A DNA stretch of 64,000 nucleotides from an uncultured Clostridia bacterium. Its GTDB lineage: Bacteria; Bacillota; Clostridia; Oscillospirales; Oscillospiraceae. How positions within the stretch are numbered: the stretch's first letter is position 1; each line of letters starts with the position of its first letter. The notes beneath the pieces were generated by a model. It did not search any database and had not been told where the DNA came from. It worked only from the letters and a program-made list of their open reading frames with translations. Of the stretch, positions 26,153 through 36,684 are shown piece by piece. Where the stretch lies: assembly GCA_946625125.1 (NCBI GenBank), contig CAMOSU010000001.1:419-64418 (forward strand), in the 5' to 3' direction. Both the position numbers and the translations under genes were made by a program.

Positions 26153-29100
26153 ATGCTGAACCTGTATTACAGCCCGGACTGGCGGAGCAACGCCCGGCTG
26201 GCGGTGGAGGAGCTCTGCGCCCTGCCGGAGCAGAGCCGGGGCATACTCATTGTGCCGGAGCAGAATTCCTTTGACGCGGAGTGGGCGCTCTGCACCCGGG
26301 GCGGCGACAGCATCAGCCGCCGGGCGGAGGTGCTGAGCTTCAGCCGCCTGGCCACCCGGCTGTTTTCCCTTGTGGGCGGCGGGGCAATCCCCACCCTGGA
26401 TCAGAGCGGACGGATGATTGCCATGGCCGGGGCGCTGGAGCAGCTTCGCCCCAGACTGCGGCTCTATGGCTCCCACATCTCCAAGCCGGAGTTCCTGGAG
26501 CAGCTTTTGCAGGTGGTGGACGAGTTTCACGCCTACGGCCTGGAGGCCTCGGCGGTGCGCCGGGCCAGGGAGGAGCTGAGCCAGCCCCTCTCCGACAAGC
26601 TGGAGGAATTGTGCCTCATTTTGGAGATGTATGACGCCGTCTGCGCCAAGGCGGCCCAGGACCCCGCCACCCGATTGGACCGACTGAAGGAAGCCCTCTG
26701 GGAGAGCGACTTTGCCAAGGGCCTGCATGTGGTGGTGGAGGGCTTTACAGACTTCACCCGACAGGAGCTGGAGGTGCTGGAGGCCCTGGCCGCCAAGGCG
26801 GAGCGGGTTTCCGTGTGGCTTTGCTGCGACAGTCTGGGGGAGGGCCAGAGTGTGTTTGCCCTGCCCCGGGCCACGGCCCGGAGCCTCCGGGAGCTGGCCC
26901 GCCGGGGGGAGCTTCCCTGCCGGACGGTGGCCCGGCTGCCGGAGCTTTCCGACGGCGCTCTGGGCTGGCTGGCGAAGAAGCTCTTTGCCCCCCGGCTGGA
27001 GCCCTGGGAGGAGGAAACGGAGGAAATCTGCCTGCTTTCCGCCGCTGACGCCTCGGAGGAATGCGCCTTGGCCCTGGGACGGGTTCAGAGCTTGGTACAG
27101 GCCGGGGCGCGCTGGCGGGAAATCGGCATTGCGTACAGCGATGCCGCCCTCTACGAGCCCCTCCTGGAGACCCTGCTGGACCGGGCCGGGGTGCCGGCCT
27201 ACTTTTCCGGGACCCGGGATCTGCTGCGGCACAGCGTAATCCGGGGAGTGGTCTACGGCCTCCAGGCCGCGGCCTGCGGCATGGAGCCGGAGGATGTGAA
27301 AGAATACCTCCAGTCCGGCTTCGCCCCCCTGAGCAGGGAGGAGGCGGACCGGCTGGAAAACTACGCCTTTATCTGGAATCTGCGGGGCAGCCGCTGGGAA
27401 GCTCCCTTTGACAAAAACCCCGCCGGTCCCAGCCTAGAGCCCCTTTCCCGGCAGGAGCTGGAGCCCTTGCTGGAGCCCTTGAACCGGGCCAGGGAGGCCG
27501 CTCTGCTTCCTCTGCTGGAGCTGCGGCAGGCGCTTCGGACCGGTGAGAACACCGCCGCCCAGGTCCGGGCCTTGGACCGTTTTTTGGAGGCCATCGGTCT
27601 GGAGACCAGGCTGGCGGCCAGAGCCGAGGCCCTGGCCCGGGCGGGGGAGCGCCAGCAGGCGCAGGCCCTGACCCAGCTCTATGAGCTGCTGCTGTCCACC
27701 ATGGAGCAGATCTACGGGGTGCTGGGGGATACCCGCCGCAGTCCCGAGGAGTTCTGCCGCTTCTTCCGGGCGGCCTTGACCCAGGGGAGCGTGGGAACCA
27801 TCCCCGCCACCGTGGACTCCCTGCGGGTGGGACAGCTCTCCGCCATGCGGAACGCCAAGCTTTCCCATCTCATTGTTCTGGGAGCCTCCGACGGGCTGCT
27901 GCCCGCCTGGGGAACGGGAGGCGGACTCATCAGCGACCAGGAACGCCGCCGGATGAAGGCAGCGGGACTTTCCGCCGCCCCGGAGGGCGAGGAGCGGATC
28001 GAGCGGGACCTGCTCACTGCCTATACCCTGTTTACCGCCCCCACAAAGACCCTGACGCTGTTCTGTGATCGGGAGGCTCCCAGCTATCTTTTCACCAGAT
28101 TGGAGCGGCTCTTCCCTCTGCGCCGCCAGAGCCGCCCTCTGCCCCTGCCCGGTAGTCCCCGGGAGGCAGCCGCCCTGCTGGCAGGGGAGGGCCAGCGGGG
28201 GACTGAGGCGTTGGAGCGGTTTCCCGCCCTGCGTCCCGCCGTGGAGGCCCTGCGCCAACGGGCCGAGTACAAGCCCGGAAGCCTGGACCGCCGGACCGTG
28301 GAGATGCTTTACGGGAAAAGCCCCACTCTGTCCGCCTCCAAGGTGGACAAGCTGGCGGCCTGCAAGTTCGGCTACTTTCTCCAATACGGCCTGAAGCTCC
28401 GGGAGCGGAAGCAGGCCGCGGTGGACCCCGCCATGTACGGCACCCTGGTCCATTATGTGCTGGAGCACACCGTTGCCCAGGTGGAGGAGCGGGGCGGCTT
28501 CGCCGCCGTGTCGGAGCAGGAGGTGGTGGAGCTGGCCCGGTGCTGGTATGAGCGTTTTGTGGAGGAGATACTGGGAGGACTTGCCGCCTACACCAGCCGG
28601 GGGGCCTATCTCATGGAGCGCAGCTTCGGAGAGGTGGAGCGGGTGGTCCGGGAGTTGACCCGGGAACTGGCCCAGTCCAAATTCGTTCCCAGTTATTTTG
28701 AGCAGGAATTTCGGGATGCCACCGCCATTCCCATTACCGGCAATCTGGTGAGGGGAAGTCTGATGGGGGTGGTGGACCGGGTGGATCTCTACACCACGCA
28801 GAAGGGCAAAACCTATCTGCGGGTGGTGGACTATAAGACCGGACGCAAGGATTTTGACTACACGGACATTCTCAGCGGCATGGGTCTGCAAATGCTGATC
28901 TATCTCTTTGCCCTGACCCGGGAGGCCGCCCGCTTCTACGGCCGGGAGCTGGAGCCCGCCGGGGTGCTGTACTTCCCGGCCCGTTACGATGTGGAGCTCA
29001 CCAAGGGCAGGCCGGACCCGGAGACCGCGGAGGCCCAGCGGCGGAAGAAGCTCTGCCGGAAGGGCCTGCTGCTGGACGTGGAGGAGGTTTTGCAGGCCAT

Positions 29101-29425
29101 GGAGCCGGGGCAGGACCCGGTCTACCTGCCCTATAAGGTCAACAAGGCCGGAGAGCGCAGCGGCGATCTGGCGGACGAGCGGCAGTTCACTCTGGTGGAG
29201 GGCCATGTGCGTCACACCCTGGGTGCTTTGGCGGACAGTCTCTGGACCGGGCGCATCGCCCCGGACCCCTATTGGCGGGGGGAGGAGCACAACGCCTGCC
29301 GCTGGTGTCCCTATCGGACCGTCTGCCGGGTGGACAGCGGGGAGGTCCCCCTGCGCCGCCTGCGGGCGGTCAGCCGGACAGAATTTTGGAACACCCTGGA
29401 AAAGGAGGCGACAGAGCGTGGCTGA
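26153..29425 (+). CDS. addB: Helicase-nuclease AddAB, subunit B
   Basis: 1090 aa, immediately upstream of and overlapping addA. It has a C-terminal PD-(D/E)XK nuclease region (VDRVD...VVDYKTG) and Fe-S cysteines (CKFGYF ... CRWCPYRTVC). Confidence 0.85.
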   Translation: MLNLYYSPDWRSNARLAVEELCALPEQSRGILIVPEQNSFDAEWALCTRGGDSISRRAEVLSFSRLATRLFSLVGGGAIPTLDQSGRMIAMAGALEQLRPRLRLYGSHISKPEFLEQLLQVVDEFHAYGLEASAVRRAREELSQPLSDKLEELCLILEMYDAVCAKAAQDPATRLDRLKEALWESDFAKGLHVVVEGFTDFTRQELEVLEALAAKAERVSVWLCCDSLGEGQSVFALPRATARSLRELARRGELPCRTVARLPELSDGALGWLAKKLFAPRLEPWEEETEEICLLSAADASEECALALGRVQSLVQAGARWREIGIAYSDAALYEPLLETLLDRAGVPAYFSGTRDLLRHSVIRGVVYGLQAAACGMEPEDVKEYLQSGFAPLSREEADRLENYAFIWNLRGSRWEAPFDKNPAGPSLEPLSRQELEPLLEPLNRAREAALLPLLELRQALRTGENTAAQVRALDRFLEAIGLETRLAARAEALARAGERQQAQALTQLYELLLSTMEQIYGVLGDTRRSPEEFCRFFRAALTQGSVGTIPATVDSLRVGQLSAMRNAKLSHLIVLGASDGLLPAWGTGGGLISDQERRRMKAAGLSAAPEGEERIERDLLTAYTLFTAPTKTLTLFCDREAPSYLFTRLERLFPLRRQSRPLPLPGSPREAAALLAGEGQRGTEALERFPALRPAVEALRQRAEYKPGSLDRRTVEMLYGKSPTLSASKVDKLAACKFGYFLQYGLKLRERKQAAVDPAMYGTLVHYVLEHTVAQVEERGGFAAVSEQEVVELARCWYERFVEEILGGLAAYTSRGAYLMERSFGEVERVVRELTRELAQSKFVPSYFEQEFRDATAIPITGNLVRGSLMGVVDRVDLYTTQKGKTYLRVVDYKTGRKDFDYTDILSGMGLQMLIYLFALTREAARFYGRELEPAGVLYFPARYDVELTKGRPDPETAEAQRRKKLCRKGLLLDVEEVLQAMEPGQDPVYLPYKVNKAGERSGDLADERQFTLVEGHVRHTLGALADSLWTGRIAPDPYWRGEEHNACRWCPYRTVCRVDSGEVPLRRLRAVSRTEFWNTLEKEATERG

Positions 29426-32400
29426 TACCCTGACCAAAGCCCAGGCCCTGGCGGTGGAGCGCCCGGGAGGTCCCATTCTGGTGGCCGCCGCCGCGGGCTC
29501 CGGAAAGACCAAGGTGATTGTGGAGCGGCTCATGGGGCAGATACTCCGAACGGACCTGGAATGCTCCATCAACGACTTCCTGATCATTACCTTCACCAAG
29601 AAGGCCGCCGCCGAGCTCCGGGCAAAAATTGCCCGGGAGCTGGCGGAGCGCCTGGCCCGGGACCCGGACAACCGCCATCTGCAAAAGCAGCAGAGTCGGA
29701 TCTATCTCACCCAGATCTCCACGGTTCATGCCTTCTGCGGAGAGCTGCTGCGGGAGTTTGCCTACGAGCTGGACATTCCGGCGGACTTCCGCATGCTGGA
29801 GCAGACGGAGGCCGCCGCCCTGCAGCAGCAGATTGCCGAGGAGCTGCTGGAGGAGCGCTACGCCTCCATTGACGCGGACCCCCTGTTCCGGGGGCTGGTG
29901 AACGGCCTGGGGGCCGGACGGGACGACCGCCGCATCCCGGAGCTGCTGCTGGGGGTGTATTCCACCGCCCAGTGCAATCTCTACCCGGAGCGCTGGCTGA
30001 CAGACTGCGAGGCCCGGCTGGAGCTGGAGGGGCTTGCCGGGGCGGAGCAGACCCTTTGGGGAAGCTGGCTGCTGGAGGAGCTGCGGCGCTTTTTACTGGA
30101 GCAGGCCGATGCGCTGGATCGGATGAAGACAGAGCTGGATCGCAGCGAGGGCCTGGCCAAATACTGCCCGGTTTTTGCCCAGAACGGGAAACAGCTTCGG
30201 GAGCTGGCGGCCTGTGAGAGCTGGGACGAGACTGTGGCGGCCTTCCCCAAGGCCCTGGAGCTGGGGCGGCTTCCGGCCCTGCGAAACTGCCAGGACCCGG
30301 CTCTGCAAACCCGGGCAAAAGCCCTGCGGGAGCAGATCAAGACCCAACTCAAAAAATGGAAGGAGGAGCTCTACGACAGCTCCGAAGGGGTGCTGACGGA
30401 CCTGGCCCAGACGGGGGATTCTCTGCGGGCGCTGTTTGCCCTGACCCGGGCCTTTACCGCCCGTTTTGAGACGGAGAAGCGCCGCCTGCACGCCCTGGAC
30501 TTCGGGGATCTGGAGCATCTGGCCCTGAAGCTGCTGCTCCGGCCCGACGGAAGAACCCCCACCGACACAGCGCTGCGGATCAGCGAGCGCTACCGGGAAA
30601 TCATGGTGGACGAGTACCAGGATACCAACCAGGTCCAGGACGCCATTTTCCGGGCGGTGTCCCGGCAGGGACGCAACCGCTTTATGGTGGGAGACGTGAA
30701 GCAGTCCATCTACCGCTTCCGCCTGGCGGACCCGGAGATATTTCTGAAAAAGTACGCCGCCTATCCCGACGCGGAGACCGCGGCCCCGGAGGCGCGGCAG
30801 CGGGTGCTGCTGTCCCACAATTTCCGCTCCGGGGAGGCGGTGCTGGAGGCGGTGAACGCCGTTTTCAGTCAGTGCATGTCTCCCCGGGTGGGAGGCCTGG
30901 ATTACGGTCCTCAGGAGGCGCTGCGTCCCGGCCGGGCCTTGGAGCCCCTGCCGGAGCCTCAGGTGGAGCTCCACTGTCTGTCCACCTCCCAGCGGGAGGA
31001 GGAGGCCGAAACCCCGGAGAAAAACCGGGCGGAGGCGGCTTTTGCTGCCAGGCGGATCCGGGAGATGCTGGAGCAGGGGAGTCTGATTCGGGGCGAAAAC
31101 GGCCTCCGGGCTGTGGAGCCCGGGGATATCGTGATTCTGCTTCGGTCCCCCAAGAACGTGGCGGGCTTCTATCTGGAGGCTCTGCAGCGTCTGGGAATTC
31201 CGGCGGCCAGCGACACGGGAGAGAGCATCCTGGAGGCGTCGGAGGTCCAGGCCCTGCTCTGCCTGCTGCGGGTGCTGGAGAACGCCCACCAGGACATCCC
31301 CTTGACGGGAGCCCTTCTCAGCCCCATATTCGGGGTGGAGGCTGGCGCTCTGGCCCGGGCCAGAAAGGCCGGGGAGAGCCTGGACCTCTGGGACGCCGTA
31401 AGGAATGCGGCCCCAGAGGAGCCCAGCCTGGCCCGAGCGGCGGAGATCATCAAGGCGCTGCGGGAGCAGGCCCAGACCCTCCCCCTGCATATGCTGCTGG
31501 AAAAGCTGCAGCAGGCGGTGGAGCTGGAGGCGGTTTACGGGGCCATGGAGTCCGGCCCGGCCCGGCTGGGCAATCTCCGGGCCTTCGCCCAACTGGCCTC
31601 CGCCTTTTCCCAGGGGGGGACCAGGAGCCTGGGGCAGTTTTTGGAATATGTGGAGGAGCTCCGCGCCCAGGGAGGCGTCAGCCTCCAAAAGCCCCAGTCC
31701 AACGCCGTCACGGTGATGAGCATTCACAAGTCCAAGGGCTTGGAATTCCCCGTGGTGTTCCTCTGCGGCCTGTCCCGGCGCTTCAATCTGGAGGATCTGA
31801 AAACCCCGGTGCAGTTCCACAGCCGCCTGGGAGCCGGTTGTACGGTATTCATGAAGGACAGCTACACCCGGCATAATTCCATTGCCAAGCTGGCCATCAG
31901 CCGCCAGACCAGGCAGGATAATATATCCGAGGAGCTTCGGATTCTCTACGTGGCCATGACCCGGGCCAAGGACCGGCTGATTATGACGCACTGCGCCGAC
32001 GGCCTGGAGTCCCGTCTGCAAAAACTGGCCGCCTGCCTCAGCCCGGAAACCGCCAAGCTTCAGGCGGCCCAGGCCGCTTGTCTTGGGGACTGGGTACTGA
32101 TGACCGCCCTGCTCCGCACCGAAGCCGGCGCCCTCCATGAGATCGCGGGGATGCCCCCCGGTACGAGCCTGTCCCGGTTTCCCTGGCAGATTGCCTGGCA
32201 TGAGATTCCCCCGGAGGACCGGAGCGGAGCACCTGCCCGGGAAGCGCCTCCGGCGCAAGCCCCCCTGGATCTGGACGCTCTGGAGCGGAGCCTGGCCTTC
32301 CGCTATCCCCATCCCGCCGCCCAAAGCCTGCCCTCCAAGCTGACCGCCACCCAACTCAAGGGCCGGGAGCTGGACCGGGAGGCGGACGACGGGGTTCCCC

Positions 32401-32969
32401 GGGAGAGTTATCAGAAGCTGAAGCTGCGTAAGCCCTCCCTGATCCGGGCTGAGCGGCCCCTGACCCCGGCCCAGAAGGGGACCGCCATGCACCAGGCCAT
32501 GCAGTATCTGGACTTTGCCCGGACAGGAAGCCTGGGAGAAATTCGGGAGGAGCTGGAGCGGATGGTGCGGGAGGCCTTTCTGACCCCGGCCCAGGCGGCG
32601 GCGGTGGACCCGGAGAAGCTGCTGCGGGTCTTTGAAGGTCCCCTGGGGGGGATGCTCCGGGAGGCGGACAAGGTACTGCGGGAATTCAAATTCTCCATTC
32701 TGACCCCGGCGGAGCTTTATGAGCCCGCCGCCGAGGGGGAGCGTCTGCTGCTCCAGGGCGTCACAGACTGCTGCCTGTTCCGGAACGGGGAGATCAGCGT
32801 CATTGACTTCAAGACAGACCGGATTCGTCCCGGGGGAGAGGCCAAGGCTGCTGAGGGCTACCGTCCTCAACTGGAGGCCTACGCCCTGGCTTTGTCCCGG
32901 ATCTTCCAACAGCCCGTGACCCGAAAGCTCCTGTATTTCTTCGCCACGGACAGCCTGACGGAACTATAA
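29418..32969 (+). CDS. addA: Helicase-nuclease AddAB, subunit A (UvrD/PcrA-type helicase + nuclease)
   Basis: In frame with track ORF 28989..32969. Start set at GTG 29418, with AAAGGAGG 9 nt upstream and an 8-nt overlap with addB. It has the Walker A motif AAAGSGKT, VDEYQDTNQVQ and a RecB-type C-terminal nuclease region (LQGVTDCCLF...VIDFKTD). Confidence 0.85.
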   Translation: MADTLTKAQALAVERPGGPILVAAAAGSGKTKVIVERLMGQILRTDLECSINDFLIITFTKKAAAELRAKIARELAERLARDPDNRHLQKQQSRIYLTQISTVHAFCGELLREFAYELDIPADFRMLEQTEAAALQQQIAEELLEERYASIDADPLFRGLVNGLGAGRDDRRIPELLLGVYSTAQCNLYPERWLTDCEARLELEGLAGAEQTLWGSWLLEELRRFLLEQADALDRMKTELDRSEGLAKYCPVFAQNGKQLRELAACESWDETVAAFPKALELGRLPALRNCQDPALQTRAKALREQIKTQLKKWKEELYDSSEGVLTDLAQTGDSLRALFALTRAFTARFETEKRRLHALDFGDLEHLALKLLLRPDGRTPTDTALRISERYREIMVDEYQDTNQVQDAIFRAVSRQGRNRFMVGDVKQSIYRFRLADPEIFLKKYAAYPDAETAAPEARQRVLLSHNFRSGEAVLEAVNAVFSQCMSPRVGGLDYGPQEALRPGRALEPLPEPQVELHCLSTSQREEEAETPEKNRAEAAFAARRIREMLEQGSLIRGENGLRAVEPGDIVILLRSPKNVAGFYLEALQRLGIPAASDTGESILEASEVQALLCLLRVLENAHQDIPLTGALLSPIFGVEAGALARARKAGESLDLWDAVRNAAPEEPSLARAAEIIKALREQAQTLPLHMLLEKLQQAVELEAVYGAMESGPARLGNLRAFAQLASAFSQGGTRSLGQFLEYVEELRAQGGVSLQKPQSNAVTVMSIHKSKGLEFPVVFLCGLSRRFNLEDLKTPVQFHSRLGAGCTVFMKDSYTRHNSIAKLAISRQTRQDNISEELRILYVAMTRAKDRLIMTHCADGLESRLQKLAACLSPETAKLQAAQAACLGDWVLMTALLRTEAGALHEIAGMPPGTSLSRFPWQIAWHEIPPEDRSGAPAREAPPAQAPLDLDALERSLAFRYPHPAAQSLPSKLTATQLKGRELDREADDGVPRESYQKLKLRKPSLIRAERPLTPAQKGTAMHQAMQYLDFARTGSLGEIREELERMVREAFLTPAQAAAVDPEKLLRVFEGPLGGMLREADKVLREFKFSILTPAELYEPAAEGERLLLQGVTDCCLFRNGEISVIDFKTDRIRPGGEAKAAEGYRPQLEAYALALSRIFQQPVTRKLLYFFATDSLTEL

Positions 32970-33009
32970 TACTATGATTCGGCGAAATTGTACGATTTGC
33001 TCCGGCGGG

Positions 33010-33130
33010 AATTGTGCCATACTTCGTTGCCGTCCATGCCGGGCGTCAAGCCCGCCTGCGTCCTCCGCCCCGTCTGGCACAAATCTGCCTCGCAAATCTT
33101 TTTAAAGCGTTTGATCGGATAATCGTATCA
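33010..33130 (+). repeat. Intergenic repeat family A, copy 2
   Basis: See 21798..21920. Same orientation, and again located just 3' of a plus-strand operon end (addA) in a convergent intergenic region. Confidence 0.8.
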
Positions 33131-33134
33131 GTAT

Positions 33135-33190
33135 AAAAAACCCGGGACCCGGGTGGAGAGACAGGTCTCCATCCGGGTCCCGGCTTTGTT
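33135..33190. terminator. Long bidirectional terminator hairpin between addA and ridA
   Basis: AAAAAA-CCCGGGACCCGGGTGGAGAG-ACAG-GTCTCCATCCGGGTCCCGG-CTTTGTT. Confidence 0.6.
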
Positions 33191-33201
33191 CAGAAGCGGA
33201 A

Positions 33202-33579
33202 TCAGCCGCGGTAGGCAATGACCTCCACCTCCACCAGAGCGCCCTTGGGCAGCTCCCGAACCGCCACGCAGGAGCGGGCGGGCTTGGAGCTGAAATACTC
33301 GCCGTAGACGGCGTTGAAGGGGGCAAAGTTGGCCATGTCGGAGAGGAAGCAGGTGGTTTTCACCACATGCTCCTGGGTCAGCCCGGCCTCAGCCAGAACC
33401 GCCTCGATGTTCTTCATGATCCGGGCGGCCTGCAGGCTGATGTCGGCAGGCTCCAGAGCGCCAGTCTCCGGGTCAATGGGCATCATGCCGGAAAGATACA
33501 GAAAATCGCCGGCCCAGACCGCCTGGGAATAGGGACCGATGGCGGCGGGAGCCTTGGGGGTGGAAACGCGATTAAGCAT
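33202..33579 (-). CDS. ridA: RidA/YjgF-family reactive intermediate deaminase
   Basis: 125 aa with APAAIGPYSQAV...LYLSGMMPIDPETG and a C-terminal ARSCVAVRELPKGALVEVEVIA typical of RidA. Confidence 0.85.
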   Translation of the reverse strand: MLNRVSTPKAPAAIGPYSQAVWAGDFLYLSGMMPIDPETGALEPADISLQAARIMKNIEAVLAEAGLTQEHVVKTTCFLSDMANFAPFNAVYGEYFSSKPARSCVAVRELPKGALVEVEVIAYRG

Positions 33580-33704
33580 GAGAGCTACTCCTTTCAGTTT
33601 GTGATTGTCTGTATTATACCAAACTTTTTCCCAAAAGGCAAGGTCCTTTCACTATCATAACCCTTGATCCCCGGAAAAGGTGTGACATCAGGGAAGATAA
33701 AGAA

Positions 33705-33733
33705 GGAAAAACCCCTCCGCCGAAGCGGAGGGG
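33705..33733 (-). terminator. Terminator downstream of ppdK
   Basis: Minus strand: CCCCTCCGC-TTCG-GCGGAGGGG followed by TTTTTCC. Confidence 0.6.
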
Positions 33734-33766
33734 CAATGCTCGCAAAGGGTTTCTCAGGCTTTCTGC

Positions 33767-36403
33767 TTACAGCTCCTTGATGGCAGCCTGAGCGGCGGCC
33801 AGACGGGCGATGGGAACACGGAAGGGGCTGCAGGAAACGTAGTTCAGACCGATCCGGTGGCAGAACTCCACAGAGGAGGGATCGCCGCCGTGCTCACCGC
33901 AGATGCCGATGTGCAGCTCGGGACGGACAGGCTTGCCCAGATCAATGGTCATCTTCATCAGCTTGCCCACGCCGATCTGGTCCAGCTTGGCAAAGGGATC
34001 GAACTCCAGGATCTTGGCGTCGTAGTAGGCGTTCAGGAACTTGCCGGCGTCGTCGCGGGAGAAGCCGTAGGTCATCTGGGTCAGGTCGTTGGTGCCGAAG
34101 CAGAAGAACTCAGCCTCCTTGGCAATCTCGTCGGCGGTGAGGCAGGCTCTGGGAATCTCGATCATGGTGCCGACCTCGTACTTCATCTCGATGCCGGCGG
34201 CGGCGATCTCAGCGTCGGCGGTCTTGACCACCTCGGCCTTGACGTACTTCAGCTCCTTGACCTCGCCCACCAGGGGGATCATGATCTCGGGGACCATGTT
34301 CCAGTCGGGATGGGCCTTCTTGACGTTGATGGCGGCGCGGATGACGGCCTTGGTCTGCATCCGGGCGATCTCGGGGTAGGTGACGGCCAGACGGCAGCCG
34401 CGGTGACCCATCATGGGGTTGAATTCCTTCAGGCTCTCGATGAGGGCCTTGACCTCCTCCACGGTCTTGCACTGGGTAGCGGCCAGCATTTCGATGTCCT
34501 TCTCCTCAGTGGGAACGAACTCGTGCAGGGGGGGATCCAGGAAGCGGATGGTGACAGGATAGCCTTCCAGGGCCTCGAAGAGGGCCTCGAAGTCGCCCTG
34601 CTGATAGGGCAGAATCTTGTCCAGAGCGGCCTCACGCTGCTCGGCGTTGTCGGCGCAGATCATCTCGCGGAAGGCGGCGATGCGGTCCGCCTCAAAGAAC
34701 ATATGCTCGGTACGGCACAGGCCGATGCCCTCGGCGCCCAGCTCCCGGGCCTTTCTGGCGTCGCGGGGGGTGTCGGCATTGGTGCGGACCTTCAGCCGGC
34801 GATACTTGTCGGCCCAGCCCATGATCCGGCCGAAGTCGCCGCCGATGGTGGCGTCCACGGTCTTGATGATGCCGTCGTAGATGTTGCCGTTGGAGCCGTC
34901 CAGAGAGATCCAGTCGCCCTCATGGAATTCCTTGCCGGCCAGGGTGAAGCGCTTGTTCTCCTCGTCCATGGCGATGTCGCCGCAGCCGGAGACGCAGCAG
35001 GTGCCCATGCCCCGGGCCACAACAGCCGCGTGGGAGGTCATACCGCCGCGAACGGTCAGGATGCCCTGGGCGGCCTTCATGCCGGTGATGTCCTCGGGAG
35101 AGGTCTCCAGACGGACCAGAACCACCTTCTCGCCCCGGGCTTTCCAGGTCTCGGCGTCCTCGGCGGAGAAGACGATCTTGCCGCAGGCGGCGCCGGGGGA
35201 GGCGCCCAGGCCCTTACCCATGGGAACGGCGGCCTTCAGGGCGGCGGCGTCAAACTGGGGATGCAGCAGGGTGTCCAGGTTTCTGGGGTCGATCATGGCC
35301 ACGGCCTCGGCCTCGGTGCGCATGCCCTCGTCCACCAGATCGCAGGCGATCTTCAGAGCGGCCTGGGCGGTACGCTTGCCGGAGCGGCACTGGAGCATGT
35401 AGAGCTTGCCGTTCTCCACGGTGAACTCCATGTCCTGCATGTCGCGGTAGTGCTCCTCGAGCTTGTTGCAGACGTCCACGAATTCCTTGTAGGCTTCGGG
35501 GAACTTCTCAGCCATCAGGTCGATCTTCATGGGGGTGCGGACGCCGGCCACCACGTCCTCGCCCTGGGCGTTGGTCAGGAACTCGCCCATCAGCTTCTTC
35601 TCGCCGGTGGCGGGGTCGCGGGTGAAGGCGACGCCGGTGCCGGAGTTGTCGTTCAGGTTGCCGAACACCATGGGCATGACGTTGACGGCGGTGCCCCAGG
35701 AGTAGGGGATGTCGTTGTCACGGCGATAGACGTTGGCGCGGGGGTTGTCCCAGGAGCGGAACACGGCGCGAATGGCTTCGTAGAGCTGAACCTTGGGATC
35801 GGAGGGGAAGTCCTCACCGATCTGGGCCTTGTACTCGGCCTTGAACTGCTCGGCCAGCTTCTTGAGGTCGGCGGCGGAGAGCTCGATGTCCAGCTTGACG
35901 CCCTTCTCTTCCTTCATCTTGTCGATGAGCTGCTCGAAGTATTTCTTGCCCACTTCCATGACCACGTCGGAGAACATCTGGATGAACCGACGGTAGGAGT
36001 CATAGACAAAGCGCTCGAACTTGGGATCGGGGTTGCCCTTGATCATGGCGTTCACCACGTCGTCGTTCAGACCCAGGTTCAGGATGGTGTCCATCATGCC
36101 GGGCATGGAGGCCCGGGCGCCGGAACGGACGGAGACCAGCAGGGGGTTCTCCAGATCTCCGAACTTCTTGCCGTTGATCTCTTCCATCTTGGCGACGTAC
36201 TCCATGATCTGGCCCATGATCTCGTCGTTGATCCTGCGGCCGTCCTCATAGTACTGAGTGCAGGCCTCGGTGGTGATGGTAAAGCCCTGGGGAACAGGCA
36301 TGCCGATGTTGGTCATTTCGGCCAGGTTGGCGCCCTTGCCACCCAGGAGCTCGCGCATGCCGGCGTTGCCCTCGGTGAACAGGTAGACATACTTGTGGGA
36401 CAT
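33767..36403 (-). CDS. ppdK: Pyruvate, phosphate dikinase
   Basis: ORF 33767..36439, with start set at M13 (MSHKYVYLFTEGNAGMRELLGGKGANLAEM). It has the phosphohistidine region GGMTSHAAVVARGMG and the PEP-utilising C-terminal domain ending FFCFGTNDLTQMTYG...YVSCSPFRVPIARLAAAQA. 879 aa. Confidence 0.92.
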   Translation of the reverse strand: MSHKYVYLFTEGNAGMRELLGGKGANLAEMTNIGMPVPQGFTITTEACTQYYEDGRRINDEIMGQIMEYVAKMEEINGKKFGDLENPLLVSVRSGARASMPGMMDTILNLGLNDDVVNAMIKGNPDPKFERFVYDSYRRFIQMFSDVVMEVGKKYFEQLIDKMKEEKGVKLDIELSAADLKKLAEQFKAEYKAQIGEDFPSDPKVQLYEAIRAVFRSWDNPRANVYRRDNDIPYSWGTAVNVMPMVFGNLNDNSGTGVAFTRDPATGEKKLMGEFLTNAQGEDVVAGVRTPMKIDLMAEKFPEAYKEFVDVCNKLEEHYRDMQDMEFTVENGKLYMLQCRSGKRTAQAALKIACDLVDEGMRTEAEAVAMIDPRNLDTLLHPQFDAAALKAAVPMGKGLGASPGAACGKIVFSAEDAETWKARGEKVVLVRLETSPEDITGMKAAQGILTVRGGMTSHAAVVARGMGTCCVSGCGDIAMDEENKRFTLAGKEFHEGDWISLDGSNGNIYDGIIKTVDATIGGDFGRIMGWADKYRRLKVRTNADTPRDARKARELGAEGIGLCRTEHMFFEADRIAAFREMICADNAEQREAALDKILPYQQGDFEALFEALEGYPVTIRFLDPPLHEFVPTEEKDIEMLAATQCKTVEEVKALIESLKEFNPMMGHRGCRLAVTYPEIARMQTKAVIRAAINVKKAHPDWNMVPEIMIPLVGEVKELKYVKAEVVKTADAEIAAAGIEMKYEVGTMIEIPRACLTADEIAKEAEFFCFGTNDLTQMTYGFSRDDAGKFLNAYYDAKILEFDPFAKLDQIGVGKLMKMTIDLGKPVRPELHIGICGEHGGDPSSVEFCHRIGLNYVSCSPFRVPIARLAAAQAAIKEL

Positions 36404-36684
36404 GTAGGTTTCTCCTTTCAGTTGATACGGTGCTGACACCGCATATATATTGCGTTTGCTGGGATTCGCGGATTGCTCTGGTAACTAAATGCACTATACT
36501 ATAACATGTTTTTTCCAGCTTTTCAACGGTTTTTAAAAATTTTTCGCCGCAAATCCTGAATTATTTTCTATTTTCGGATAGGAGCTGGCGTTTTTCCCGG
36601 GAAAGGGCTGGAAAAGAGACGGAAGCTGTGATATAGTAGAGAAAAACAATTGTTCCCTTGGGGGGGACGACTGGAGCGGCGCGT

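Noticed and set aside
26018-27232. The upstream 404 codons of the 817-aa track ORF 24779..27232.
   Set aside because: This part is antisense to addB and low-complexity. The recognisable flavoprotein begins at MRIAIIGAGASG (ATG 26017), so the gene was trimmed.
26153-32969. AddAB as part of a defence island.
   Set aside because: The flanking genes are housekeeping (flavoproteins, ridA, ppdK). No restriction-modification, abortive-infection, CBASS, retron or toxin-antitoxin signatures were seen. AddAB is the standard Firmicutes recombination-repair nuclease.
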